This document shows, piece after piece, positions 35,191-43,940 of a stretch of 45,527 bases of DNA. Below the pieces are notes generated by a model. That model was not told the origin of the DNA and made no database searches. It saw only the letters and a program-made list of their open reading frames with translations. Positions within the stretch are counted from its first letter, which is position 1; every line of letters begins with the position of its first letter. This DNA is from Nitrospiraceae bacterium (GTDB taxonomy: Bacteria > Nitrospirota > Nitrospiria > Nitrospirales > Nitrospiraceae): assembly GCA_037442105.1 (NCBI GenBank), contig JBBIQV010000005.1:62001-107527 (forward strand). The letters are read 5' to 3'. Made by a program: the position numbers and the translations under genes.

Positions 35191-36558
35191 ATGGTTGAAG
35201 TTCCGGTTAAGATGTATGTCACCAACTTGCTGAAGAAGGCCCGTGACGCAGCGAAGCCGCTCGCGTTGCTCTCCGGCCCGATCAAGAACAAGGCGTTGTA
35301 CGCCATGGCGGATCGGTTGCTGGCCGATGAGGATGCCATCCTAGCGGCCAACGAGCAGGATGTGGAGACGGTTGGCAAGACGATGGTAGGAGAAGCGAAC
35401 AAGGATCGTGTCCGCGAAGCGGTGGCTCGCCTTCGCACGACTACGGATGACGTGAAGGAAATGGCGGATCGGTTGCGCCTCGTGGCCGATCTCCCCAACC
35501 CTGTCGGTGAAGTGACATCACGCTGGGAAGAGCCGAACGGTATGCAGGTCAGCCGAGTACGGGTGCCCATCGGGGTCATCGGGGTCATTTCCGATATGAA
35601 GCCGCTCATCACGGCCGAATCGGTGGCGCTCTGTCTGAAGTCCGGCAACGTGTGCGTGTTTCGAGGCTCGCCGGAGTGGGGTAAGACCCAGCAAACGATC
35701 ACGATCGGTCTGTGTGAGGCGGCAGAACAGGCTGGTGTGCCGGCCGGCGCATTGTCTTTTGTCGAACGGCCGGAGAAGGATGTGGCGCTGGAGTTGATCC
35801 GAGCTGCCAAGTTCCTGGATGCCATCATCCCGCGCGGCGGTTCCGGACTTCGCAAGACCGTTATCGAAAACGCGCGTATGCCGGTTCTCTGTCACGATGG
35901 CGGCAGTTCCCATATCTATATCGATGAGGATGTCGATCTGCCCCTGGCGCAAAATCTCGTCGTGAATTCGAAGGTCCAACAGGCGGCCGCGGCCAACTCC
36001 ATCGATACCCTGTTGGTCCACCAAGGGATCGCTCGCTCGCTGCTGCCGGCGCTGATTCTCCGGCTATTGGACGAGTTCAAAGTCGAAGTGCTGGGCTGTC
36101 CAAAGACGGTTTCGCTGATGGGTCAGATGTCGATGAGCGGTCACAAGTCAGTGAAGCCTGCGGGCGACGAGGACTGGGATAAACAGTTTCAGTCCCCGAT
36201 GCTGGCCGTGAAGATGGTGGCGTCCATGCAGGAGGCGCTCGATCACATCAGCCAACATGGTCCAAGCCAGACCGACGTCATCGTCACCAAGAATTACGAG
36301 TCGGCGATGCGCTTCACCCGCGAAGTCGATGCCGGTGCGGTATTGGTCAATGCTTCGTCGCGCTTGCATGCGGGTGAGACGTTCGGCTTTGGTGGAGATG
36401 TCGGGATCAGCACGTCACGAGTTTATGCCAAAGGGCCGATCGGTCTCGAACAATTGACCAGAGAAAAGTACGTCGTCTTCGGCACGGGGCAGTTGCGGCA
36501 CCCTCATCCGGTGCCAGTGACGTACGAAGACGCAATTATGTTAAAACGTCCTGCTTAG
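35191..36558 (+). CDS. proA: Gamma-glutamyl phosphate reductase (ProA) homolog lacking the catalytic Cys
   Basis: RVPIGVIGVI, LCLKSGN, IIPRGG, VNASSR, GPIGLEQLT. The usual CNA motif reads ANS (KVQQAAAANSIDTLLVH). Confidence 0.8.
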   Translation: MVEVPVKMYVTNLLKKARDAAKPLALLSGPIKNKALYAMADRLLADEDAILAANEQDVETVGKTMVGEANKDRVREAVARLRTTTDDVKEMADRLRLVADLPNPVGEVTSRWEEPNGMQVSRVRVPIGVIGVISDMKPLITAESVALCLKSGNVCVFRGSPEWGKTQQTITIGLCEAAEQAGVPAGALSFVERPEKDVALELIRAAKFLDAIIPRGGSGLRKTVIENARMPVLCHDGGSSHIYIDEDVDLPLAQNLVVNSKVQQAAAANSIDTLLVHQGIARSLLPALILRLLDEFKVEVLGCPKTVSLMGQMSMSGHKSVKPAGDEDWDKQFQSPMLAVKMVASMQEALDHISQHGPSQTDVIVTKNYESAMRFTREVDAGAVLVNASSRLHAGETFGFGGDVGISTSRVYAKGPIGLEQLTREKYVVFGTGQLRHPHPVPVTYEDAIMLKRPA

Positions 36559-36575
36559 GAGCCTGGGCTCCTTAA

Positions 36576-37778
36576 GTGCGGGTTAAGGTGTCTCCTCCAC
36601 AGGCTCAGGATGCGCTCCGTGCCCATCTCGCCCAATGGGGTCTGAGGCGGTTCACATCCGACGACGCCTACTTTCAGTGGCAGCGAGAGACGCTCTTCCC
36701 TGCCGATCTGACAATCCTGAACCGACAGGTTGAGGTGAAGCGTCGGCCATGCGCCGGACCGGCGGACGACATCCTCTTTTACGACCTCACCGCGCAGCCG
36801 CGCATCGTTCCGGTCCTCTACAGTCAGCGTTACAACTATTATTGTGAAATCGGTCCTCGCATTGCCGCACGGATCGGCAGTGCGCCGTCGATTCTCGACA
36901 TTGGATGTGGGGTGGGCATTCTGACCACGTTCTATGCACGTCAATTTCCCGATAGATCCATTGTCGGGATTGATCGTTCGCCGGCTTCGATCACCGTCGC
37001 GCAGGAAAAGGCGAAGGAATTGGGCCTTGCCAACGTGCGATTCGAATGCATGGACCTCGATCGGCAACCAATTCCAGGAACCTACGATCTGATCGTCGCC
37101 ACCCACGTGCTGGTGCAAGCCGAGCAGAACCCCGGCATCCCCAGCGATAGCTGGCGGACGTTTGAGCGGGCACAGGACCAGGGCCGGCAACAGGAATTCG
37201 AGCATCGGACAGAATTCGGACTGAAACTCGATCGTTTTGCAGCGGCGGTCAAGCCGGGAGGCCGGGTCATCGTGTTCGAGAAAACGAGACAGCTCGCAAG
37301 GCGAGTGCCGTTCCAGCGGGCATTGGCCGCGCGCGGCTTCACGCTGCTCGAACAACCGGAACCGATCCGGTATCTGCTGGTTGAGGAAGTGACCGACGAC
37401 GGGCCGTTCTATGTGCTCACAAAAAGGCAGGGGAGCGGCATCGCGTGGGACGAATCGCCGGAGCCGGATGAAGGTTCGCCCTTCGACCGAGCCAGTCTGA
37501 AAGCTGCTCCAAGCGATCCCAACGAGCCGCTCTATGAAAACCATTGGCCGTCAGCGCAGCGAGTCTGGGAAGGGCTCAAGGGAAAACAGGTCACCCAGGA
37601 GACCACTCGCCAAGAACCGGATGGACGCCAGATCCATGTTGAACTCGGCACGGCGGATAGCGTGGCCTATCTCTATGTGGCCAACACCTTCGATCAGCGG
37701 CAGCTCGTCATCGTGGAACCGGCGCGCGCCTCGATGCTCGAAACCTACTATCAGGAAATCATCGCGGGTACCAACTAG
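36576..37778 (+). CDS. Class I SAM-dependent methyltransferase
   Basis: ILDIGCGVG, VGIDRS, YDLIV, VKPGG. Confidence 0.85.
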   Translation: MRVKVSPPQAQDALRAHLAQWGLRRFTSDDAYFQWQRETLFPADLTILNRQVEVKRRPCAGPADDILFYDLTAQPRIVPVLYSQRYNYYCEIGPRIAARIGSAPSILDIGCGVGILTTFYARQFPDRSIVGIDRSPASITVAQEKAKELGLANVRFECMDLDRQPIPGTYDLIVATHVLVQAEQNPGIPSDSWRTFERAQDQGRQQEFEHRTEFGLKLDRFAAAVKPGGRVIVFEKTRQLARRVPFQRALAARGFTLLEQPEPIRYLLVEEVTDDGPFYVLTKRQGSGIAWDESPEPDEGSPFDRASLKAAPSDPNEPLYENHWPSAQRVWEGLKGKQVTQETTRQEPDGRQIHVELGTADSVAYLYVANTFDQRQLVIVEPARASMLETYYQEIIAGTN

Positions 37779-37953
37779 GTGGTCTTGCGAGACGTGTCGG
37801 GATGATGAAGAAGCAGCCGGCCAGCCGCTCGCCGCGAAATGTTGGATTGCAAGGCCTGCCCCCGTCTTTTGCTCAGAGCCTATTTATCTCATTGCTTCCC
37901 GCATTGGAGGTGGCGGAGATGGTCTCTCCGAGGTTGCTCGTTTCACTTCAAGA

Positions 37954-38047
37954 GGGAGTGGCCAGACTGTCCTTCGCTGCGCGCGTCGAACGAGCACAGC
38001 TTTATCGTGTGGGTTCCGCGAGTAAAAAGGACGGTCTGGCCGCTTCC
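37954..38047. repeat. Long palindromic intergenic element (REP/MITE-like)
   Basis: Arms GGGAGTGGCCAGACTGTCCTT (37954-37974) and AAGGACGGTCTGGCCGCTTCC (38027-38047) pair at 18/21 positions, the other three as G-U; nested internal stems. Confidence 0.7.
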
Positions 38048-38119
38048 TTCGTTTGCTTCTGAGGGCGCGCGTTGCGCGAGCACAGGAGGCCAACAGGCAC
38101 CCCTGCCATCCTCCCGCCC

Positions 38120-38149
38120 TTGCATCTCCTTCTCACACCCCCGTAGAAT
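38120..38149 (+). promoter_or_regulatory. Sigma-70 promoter of the B12 radical SAM pair
   Basis: TTGCAT-N18-TAGAAT. Confidence 0.5.
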
Positions 38150-38222
38150 ATTCAATCGCAAAGCCTAACCCTTTGGCATTCTGACAGTTTCGGAGTGCTG
38201 GTTCGATAGAGGAGCCGCTTGC

Positions 38223-40124
38223 ATGCGCGTCGAGTATTCGAAGGGCGAACGGGCCTCCAAAGAGCTGATCCTGCTCCACCGCCAGACCTCGGAAGCTACC
38301 AGTGGCCGGAAGATGAAAGTCATGCTCATCTTCCCGCCTGACTGGTTTCCTTCTGAACCTTATCTAAGTCTCCCGACCCTGACCGCCGTGCTCCGACAGG
38401 CCGGGCATACTGTCATCCAGAAAGACGTCAACCTCGAGATGTACGACTGGTACTTTAGCGAGGACTTTCTCAAGAAAGTACTCCGTCGTGTGCCGCAGCA
38501 ATTGGACCGGCTGCGCAAGTTGGCCAAGAAGCGTGAATTGGCGGAATGGGAAACAGATGTCCAGTTGGCGCTCTGCGATCTGACCCGCCAGCGGATCGAC
38601 GAACTGATTAAGAAGGCGGAGCAGGCCAAGCGGACCGTGCGGGGGGAAGAGTTCTATGATATCGACAAACTCGAATGGGCCATCAACGTCTTCCGCGAAG
38701 TCACGTCCGTCATCTCGTTGGTCTATTCTCCGGCCCGCATCTGCATGCCCCCGATGGAGACGGATCTTTCGTATAAGGTATATGTCTCGTCGGAGGTCAT
38801 GGACGCGGTGCAGGACGAGCAGGTGAACGTCTATCGTGATGTGTTCGAACATCTCGTGAAGCCGGCGATTCAGGCGGAACAGCCTGACGTGATCGGCATC
38901 TCCATCGTGTTGCAGCAGCAACTGTTCTCTTCCATGACCTTCTGCGCGTTGATCAAGAAGCAGTTCCCGAACATCCATGTGACGATCGGCGGAAACACGG
39001 TCACGCGTTTGCGCGATGTGCTGCTGCAATCGCCGCTGTTTCAGTACCTCGACAGCGCGGTGGTCTATGAAGGGGAGACGGCGTTTCTGCAATTGATTGA
39101 GACGGTGGGCGCCAAGCGGGATCTCTCGCAAGTTCCCAACACGATCTACAAGGACACGGCGGGCATTCATGTGTCGCCGTTGAGCTATGCCGAAGACATG
39201 GCCTCCCTTCCGCCGCCGGATTTCGACGGGCTGCCGTTCGACAAATACTTCGTGCCGGCGCGGGTGCTGCCGTATCTGGCGACCCGTGGCTGCTATTGGG
39301 GTCGGTGCGAGTTCTGCGATCACGGCGAGGGCTATACAGCCGGTTACCGAGCGAAGAAGCTCGATCAGATCATCGAGGAGATCGGGCATCTCAAAACCAA
39401 GTATCGCGCACGCCATTTCCACTTTACGGATGAATCGTACCCGCCGGCCCTGTTCCGCAAACTCACACGCAAACTCATCGACACCAAGATGGATATCATC
39501 TGGACCACCCACATGCGGTTCGAGAAAAGTTTGCTGGAGCCATCTGTGTGGGAGGATGCCAGAGACTCCGGCTGCCGTTATCTCCACTTCGGCTACGAAT
39601 CCGGCAACGAGCGGGTGCTCAAGTTGATGGACAAAGCGACGACGACCGATGTCATTTCCAAGCACCTTCGACTGTCGGCCAATGCCGGCATTTGGAACCA
39701 CTGTATGGGCTTTTTCGGGTTCCCCGGTGAAACCAGAGAAGAAGCCTTGTCGTCGGTCCAGTTTCTCGAACAGAACAAGGAATATGTGCACTCTTTGGGC
39801 TTCGGCACATTCGATTTGAGCAAGCATACTCCGGTGGCGAAGAATCCGGAGAAGTGGGGCGTGACCCCGTACAAGAATCCTGACTGGGATTTGGCGCTGG
39901 ACTATTACTACACCGTGAAGAACGGCATGGGCATCGAAGAGGCCGAGCGGGTCTTTGAAGAGTTCGAGCGCAACCACTACCAAGGCTGGGACTTGCGCCT
40001 GTTCATCCGGGAATACGTCTTCCTCTACATTGCTCGGTTTGGGCTGTCAAAATTATCGGATCTTCAGTTCGATCCGGACAGCCTGGGGAGCGGTACGTCC
40101 TCTGCTGTCGAAGCGAGGGTGTGA
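38223..40124 (+). CDS. B12-binding domain radical SAM protein (class B methyltransferase-like)
   Basis: MLIFPP...PYLSLPTLTAVLRQAGH, PDVIGISI, IGGN, YEGE, TRGCYWGRCEFC, FTDE, GYESGNERVL, GFPGET. Confidence 0.93.
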   Translation: MRVEYSKGERASKELILLHRQTSEATSGRKMKVMLIFPPDWFPSEPYLSLPTLTAVLRQAGHTVIQKDVNLEMYDWYFSEDFLKKVLRRVPQQLDRLRKLAKKRELAEWETDVQLALCDLTRQRIDELIKKAEQAKRTVRGEEFYDIDKLEWAINVFREVTSVISLVYSPARICMPPMETDLSYKVYVSSEVMDAVQDEQVNVYRDVFEHLVKPAIQAEQPDVIGISIVLQQQLFSSMTFCALIKKQFPNIHVTIGGNTVTRLRDVLLQSPLFQYLDSAVVYEGETAFLQLIETVGAKRDLSQVPNTIYKDTAGIHVSPLSYAEDMASLPPPDFDGLPFDKYFVPARVLPYLATRGCYWGRCEFCDHGEGYTAGYRAKKLDQIIEEIGHLKTKYRARHFHFTDESYPPALFRKLTRKLIDTKMDIIWTTHMRFEKSLLEPSVWEDARDSGCRYLHFGYESGNERVLKLMDKATTTDVISKHLRLSANAGIWNHCMGFFGFPGETREEALSSVQFLEQNKEYVHSLGFGTFDLSKHTPVAKNPEKWGVTPYKNPDWDLALDYYYTVKNGMGIEEAERVFEEFERNHYQGWDLRLFIREYVFLYIARFGLSKLSDLQFDPDSLGSGTSSAVEARV

Positions 40125-42094
40125 TGAGTATGGCTTCCGGACTTGTCCAAATCGGCGGACTGGCCTCGGCAATGAGCGGAGCCAGGCATAGGTCCAAGGT
40201 CATGCTGCTGTTCCCCCCGGAGTGGGTGCCTACGGCGCCGTACTTGGCGCTTCCATCCCTGACGGCGGTATTGCGCGAGGCCGGCCATCAGGTCGTACAA
40301 AAAGACGTGAATATCGAGATGTACGACCACTTCTTCAGCGACTCGTTCTTGATCTGGGCCAAGGCGCGGCAGAGCATGCAGCGCAAGGCGCTGGAGGAGA
40401 AAGACAAGGCCGGATGGTTGACGGAACAGGAAGTCGATCAGAAAGCCTGTTTGGAGCAGGCGGCAACGATCGACGTGTTCGATTTGGCGGAACGGGCGGA
40501 GCAGGCCAAGCGGATCGTGCGGGGCGAAGCCTTCTACGACGCCGACAAATTGGAGTGGGCGCTGAACACGTTCCGCGAAGTCATGCAATACCTCTCTGTT
40601 GCCTACTATCCCGCCTCCCTCGTGTTCTATCCGATGGAAAGCAATCTCGGCTATCGGCCCGGTGTCTCGCGGGAAGTATTCGCTTGTCTGGATGACGAGA
40701 TGGTGAATGTCTATCGCGACATCTGCAACCAGCTTGTGTTGCCGGCGGTAAGCAAGGAGCGGCCGGAGGTGATTGGCGTGTCCATCGGGACGCAGATGCA
40801 GCTTATGGCAGGCCTGACCTTTTGCAAGATGATCAAGGAATCGTTCCCGCAAGTCCACGTGGTGGTGGGGGGCAACGTCGTCACGAGATTACAGGAGGAG
40901 TGGCCGAAGCACGAGCGGTTCTTTCAGGAGGTCTTCGACTCGGCGATTCTGTACGAAGGCGAGCATGCGCTCCTGTGGCTGATCGAAGCGTTGAACGGCG
41001 AGCGGGATATCGCGGCGGTGCCCAACCTCATGTATCGGGACAAACAGGGCGCGGTCCGCCTGAATCAGGAAGTCTATACTGAGAAAACAACGGCGTTGCC
41101 GCTGCCGGACTTCGACGGGCTGCCGCTGGATCACTACTTCGTGCCGGAACGGATTATTCCCTATCTGGCCACGCGCGGCTGCTACTGGGGCCGCTGCACG
41201 TTTTGCGACCACGGGCAGGGCTACTTCGATCAATATCGAGGCATGCCGGCTCATCAAGTGATCGAGCAGATCAAGGCGCTGCGGGACAAGTATCAGTGCC
41301 GGCATTTTCTGTTCTCCGACGAGTCGTATCCGCCGGCGCTCTTGAAAAAGGTGACGCAACTCCTCGTCGAGCAAGACGTAGGAATCAAATGGACGACGCT
41401 GATCCGCTTCGAAGAGTCGCTCCAGGACCCTGAGATTTGGACCCTCGCGGCGAAGTCCGGTTGCTGCACGTTGTACTATGGAATGGAATCGGCGAACGAA
41501 CGCGTGCTCAATCTTATGGACAAGCACGCGAAAAAGAGCGTGATCCGGAACAATCTCCATCAAGCCTCCAAAGCCGGTATCTGGAATCACGTGATGGCGT
41601 TCTATGGCTTCCCCGGCGAAACGCGGGAAGAGGCGTTGGAAACGCGGCAATTCATTCTCGAGAACCAACCGGTGATCCACTCGGTCGAGCTTTTCTATTT
41701 CGTCGCCTACCGGCACACACCGATGGTCCGCAACCCGGCGAAGTTCGGCATCACGATCCACAAGCAGGAAGAATACGATCTGCCGCTGGACTACTACTAC
41801 ACGCTCAATGAGCCGGGCGGCATTTCCTGTCTCGACGCGATGCAGCTCTGCGAGGATTTTTATCACAACGATTTCCAGCCTTGGGCGGTGCGGGTGAACG
41901 CCCGCGAGCAGGTATTTCTCTACATCTCGAAGTTCGGCACCAACCGGCTCCCGCAAATCTACGCGCAGCGGAAGGAAGGGGCGGCAACCGCGACGGATAG
42001 TGTCTCAGGGTTGGTCACGTGGCCTGTGGCGATGAGTGAGGGAGAGGACGGAAAAGAAGGAATGAGCCGAGTGGTGTCGCACGGAGTGGGGTGA
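40121..42094 (+). CDS. B12-binding domain radical SAM protein, paralog of the upstream gene
   Basis: Same motifs (TRGCYWGRCTFCDHG, FSDESYPPAL, GMESANERVL, GIWNH, GFPGETREEAL); overlaps the upstream stop (GTGATGA). Confidence 0.93.
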   Translation: MMSMASGLVQIGGLASAMSGARHRSKVMLLFPPEWVPTAPYLALPSLTAVLREAGHQVVQKDVNIEMYDHFFSDSFLIWAKARQSMQRKALEEKDKAGWLTEQEVDQKACLEQAATIDVFDLAERAEQAKRIVRGEAFYDADKLEWALNTFREVMQYLSVAYYPASLVFYPMESNLGYRPGVSREVFACLDDEMVNVYRDICNQLVLPAVSKERPEVIGVSIGTQMQLMAGLTFCKMIKESFPQVHVVVGGNVVTRLQEEWPKHERFFQEVFDSAILYEGEHALLWLIEALNGERDIAAVPNLMYRDKQGAVRLNQEVYTEKTTALPLPDFDGLPLDHYFVPERIIPYLATRGCYWGRCTFCDHGQGYFDQYRGMPAHQVIEQIKALRDKYQCRHFLFSDESYPPALLKKVTQLLVEQDVGIKWTTLIRFEESLQDPEIWTLAAKSGCCTLYYGMESANERVLNLMDKHAKKSVIRNNLHQASKAGIWNHVMAFYGFPGETREEALETRQFILENQPVIHSVELFYFVAYRHTPMVRNPAKFGITIHKQEEYDLPLDYYYTLNEPGGISCLDAMQLCEDFYHNDFQPWAVRVNAREQVFLYISKFGTNRLPQIYAQRKEGAATATDSVSGLVTWPVAMSEGEDGKEGMSRVVSHGVG

Positions 42095-42097
42095 GGA

Positions 42098-42155
42098 AGG
42101 CTAAGGTTAAGGTTGAGTTCAAATCCGTCCTTAGCCTTGACCTCAACCTGAGCCT
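42098..42155. repeat. Inverted 6-bp tandem-repeat hairpin between convergent genes (possible bidirectional terminator)
   Basis: aggcta-aggtta-aggttg-agttc ... ccttag-ccttga-cctcaa-cctgag-cct. Confidence 0.75.
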
Positions 42156-42406
42156 CTCGTCGATTGTTCGCGAAACCAATCGACGAGCAGGGCGTACGCC
42201 GCTTCAATCTTTTTGGTCATCTCTTCGGCTTGTTTGTACATCTGCGTGTACTTGTGCGGGTTGTTGGTCAGGTTGGCGTAGCGAGGGGGATGCCAAGTAT
42301 GCAACAATTCGCGGCGCTTCTGGTCGAGCTGCTCGCGCGTCGCAGGGAGTTGGAGTCCAAGCACCTCGAGGGCATGCGCAAGGGTGTTTTGCCGGCCGGG
42401 GTTCAT
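42143..42406 (-). CDS. Stand-alone J-domain-like protein (HPD replaced by HPP)
   Basis: ALEVLGL...QLDQKRRELLHTWHPPRY...AEEMTKKIEAAYALL. Confidence 0.75.
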   Translation of the reverse strand: MNPGRQNTLAHALEVLGLQLPATREQLDQKRRELLHTWHPPRYANLTNNPHKYTQMYKQAEEMTKKIEAAYALLVDWFREQSTRGSG

Positions 42407-42476
42407 GGGCGAAAGTCTGACAAGGCGGCGAGCGTCCTGTCAATCGTGCGGGTAGCTGAGTTGCCATAATCTACTT

Positions 42477-42587
42477 TGAAAATGCGGGTCCTGTCGCCGA
42501 GCAGCCCAACCGTGCTCGCACCTCGCCCGGCGTAGGGACTCCCGCTGCGCGCGCTTGGGCGCCCGCTCGGCGCCATCCGCATTTTCA
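42477..42587. repeat. 111-bp MITE/REPIN-like element with perfect 11-bp terminal inverted repeats
   Basis: TGAAAATGCGG ... CCGCATTTTCA; inner stems GCCGAGC/GCTCGGC and GCCCAA/TTGGGC. Confidence 0.75.
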
Positions 42588-42631
42588 TGATGCAGGGTGA
42601 GCCGAAGGCTCTTGAGGACTGTCAGAGAATC

Positions 42632-43870
42632 ATGTCGATGCCCCTTCCCATTCTCCAAGCTCCGCCGATCTTCAAGAATAAAGACTATCGGGAGGTCTTG
42701 CGCCGCGAGATGGATGGCGGGAAAATTCCGCTGAGTCTGGGGAAAAGCTGCCCGGTGAAGTGTGAGTTCTGCTATGAGATCGATCATTCCTACCGCGAGA
42801 CGTTGGATCCCCCCAAAACAACCCAGGAAGATTGGGAGTTCATCCTCGATTACATCAACAAGAAGCCGACCGATCCGCTTCAGTTTTGGTGTCTGGGCGG
42901 AAACGAGTACATGGAGTGGACCGACTTGTTTCTGCATCCGAAGGCGATGGAGTGGGTCGAAGATTTCCTGAGATACACGGACAAAAACATCACCTTCTTT
43001 ACGGTCGGATACGTCCATGTGCCCAAGATTCACCAATTGACGGCGCAATACCCCGGCCGGATCAATTTCGAGCTGTCGGTTATTACGTTGGGTGAGTACC
43101 GGCAACGCCTCATGCCGCATGCCCCGGCGATGAAGCATTTACTAAAGGTTCTCGACGGGCCGGCGGTGTCGTCCGCCAATTTTTACTCCTTCGGTGCGCG
43201 TACCATGTCGAAGGATGCCGCCGCGATCTCCGCCATCAATCGGCGCTGCGTGCTCTGGATGGGATGTCTGACGCCGGTCCGCGGGATCAAAGACGACACG
43301 GCCGCTCTTATGCGCCAGGGGCGCCGATATCTCCCCGAAGAGGCCCAGCGTATCTATGACGCCGGGCTGCCGAACATTCAGACGATTCATACTGAAGCGC
43401 CGATTACCGCCTTCTTAAATCGCAAGCGCATCGTCAGTGCCTTCGACGCCCTCGATCTCGACAAACGCGATACGGTCGTCATGGCGAAGAGCGTGCACAG
43501 GATCCTGAATCTGTACCGGAAGAATCGCGCGCGCTATCTCATGGTGCCGAATGCCACCTTGGGCGGAGACTCCGATTGTACGGTGCTCCTCACGTTCGAC
43601 GATATCGCCCGTTGCCTGACCACTCAAAAGCACATCTACATTCCCAAGTGTATGATGCAGTCCGGGCGCGGCGCATACACCGACATTGCCGGGGTCACGA
43701 TCGAGCAGTTCATGAAAAAAACCGGCGTGAAGGCCCGCATCCTCCACAAGATCGACACTACGTTCGCCAATGCTCGTCTCTGGCGTAACGGGCTGCTCAG
43801 GACCTACGTCGAAGACTACGTCCGCAATCCCCTCACGCAATCCTACGAGGCGCTTTCCATTCCTGCTTAG
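42632..43870 (+). CDS. Radical SAM protein with DUF512-like C-terminal region
   Basis: CPVKCEFC; ELSVITLGEYRQRLM, TLGGDSDCTVLLTFDDI, IYIPKCMM. Start is 42587 or 42632. Confidence 0.8.
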   Translation: MSMPLPILQAPPIFKNKDYREVLRREMDGGKIPLSLGKSCPVKCEFCYEIDHSYRETLDPPKTTQEDWEFILDYINKKPTDPLQFWCLGGNEYMEWTDLFLHPKAMEWVEDFLRYTDKNITFFTVGYVHVPKIHQLTAQYPGRINFELSVITLGEYRQRLMPHAPAMKHLLKVLDGPAVSSANFYSFGARTMSKDAAAISAINRRCVLWMGCLTPVRGIKDDTAALMRQGRRYLPEEAQRIYDAGLPNIQTIHTEAPITAFLNRKRIVSAFDALDLDKRDTVVMAKSVHRILNLYRKNRARYLMVPNATLGGDSDCTVLLTFDDIARCLTTQKHIYIPKCMMQSGRGAYTDIAGVTIEQFMKKTGVKARILHKIDTTFANARLWRNGLLRTYVEDYVRNPLTQSYEALSIPA

Positions 43871-43898
43871 TGTGAACATCTTACTATACCGAGTCGCG

Positions 43899-43927
43899 TT
43901 GACAACGCCACGATGCTGACCTACAGT
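43899..43927 (+). promoter_or_regulatory. Sigma-70 promoter of the PhzF-family gene
   Basis: TTGACA-N17-TACAGT, 13 nt upstream of the ATG. Confidence 0.65.
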
Positions 43928-43940
43928 ACGTCCACTTCAC

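Noticed and set aside
37802..38168. Short ORFs as possible RiPP precursors for the radical SAM cluster
   Set aside because: They run through the palindromic repeat element and show no leader/core pattern.
37779..38222. Cobalamin riboswitch upstream of the B12 radical SAM genes
   Set aside because: No B12-box or conserved GGGAA...GCCACTG core recognised; an Rfam scan would settle it.
38364..41956. Long minus-strand ORFs (539 aa, 264 aa, 355 aa), and similarly 53-847, 13961-14854, 24803-25711 and 36555-37544
   Set aside because: Antisense shadows of well-supported genes in GC-rich DNA, with no recognisable motifs.
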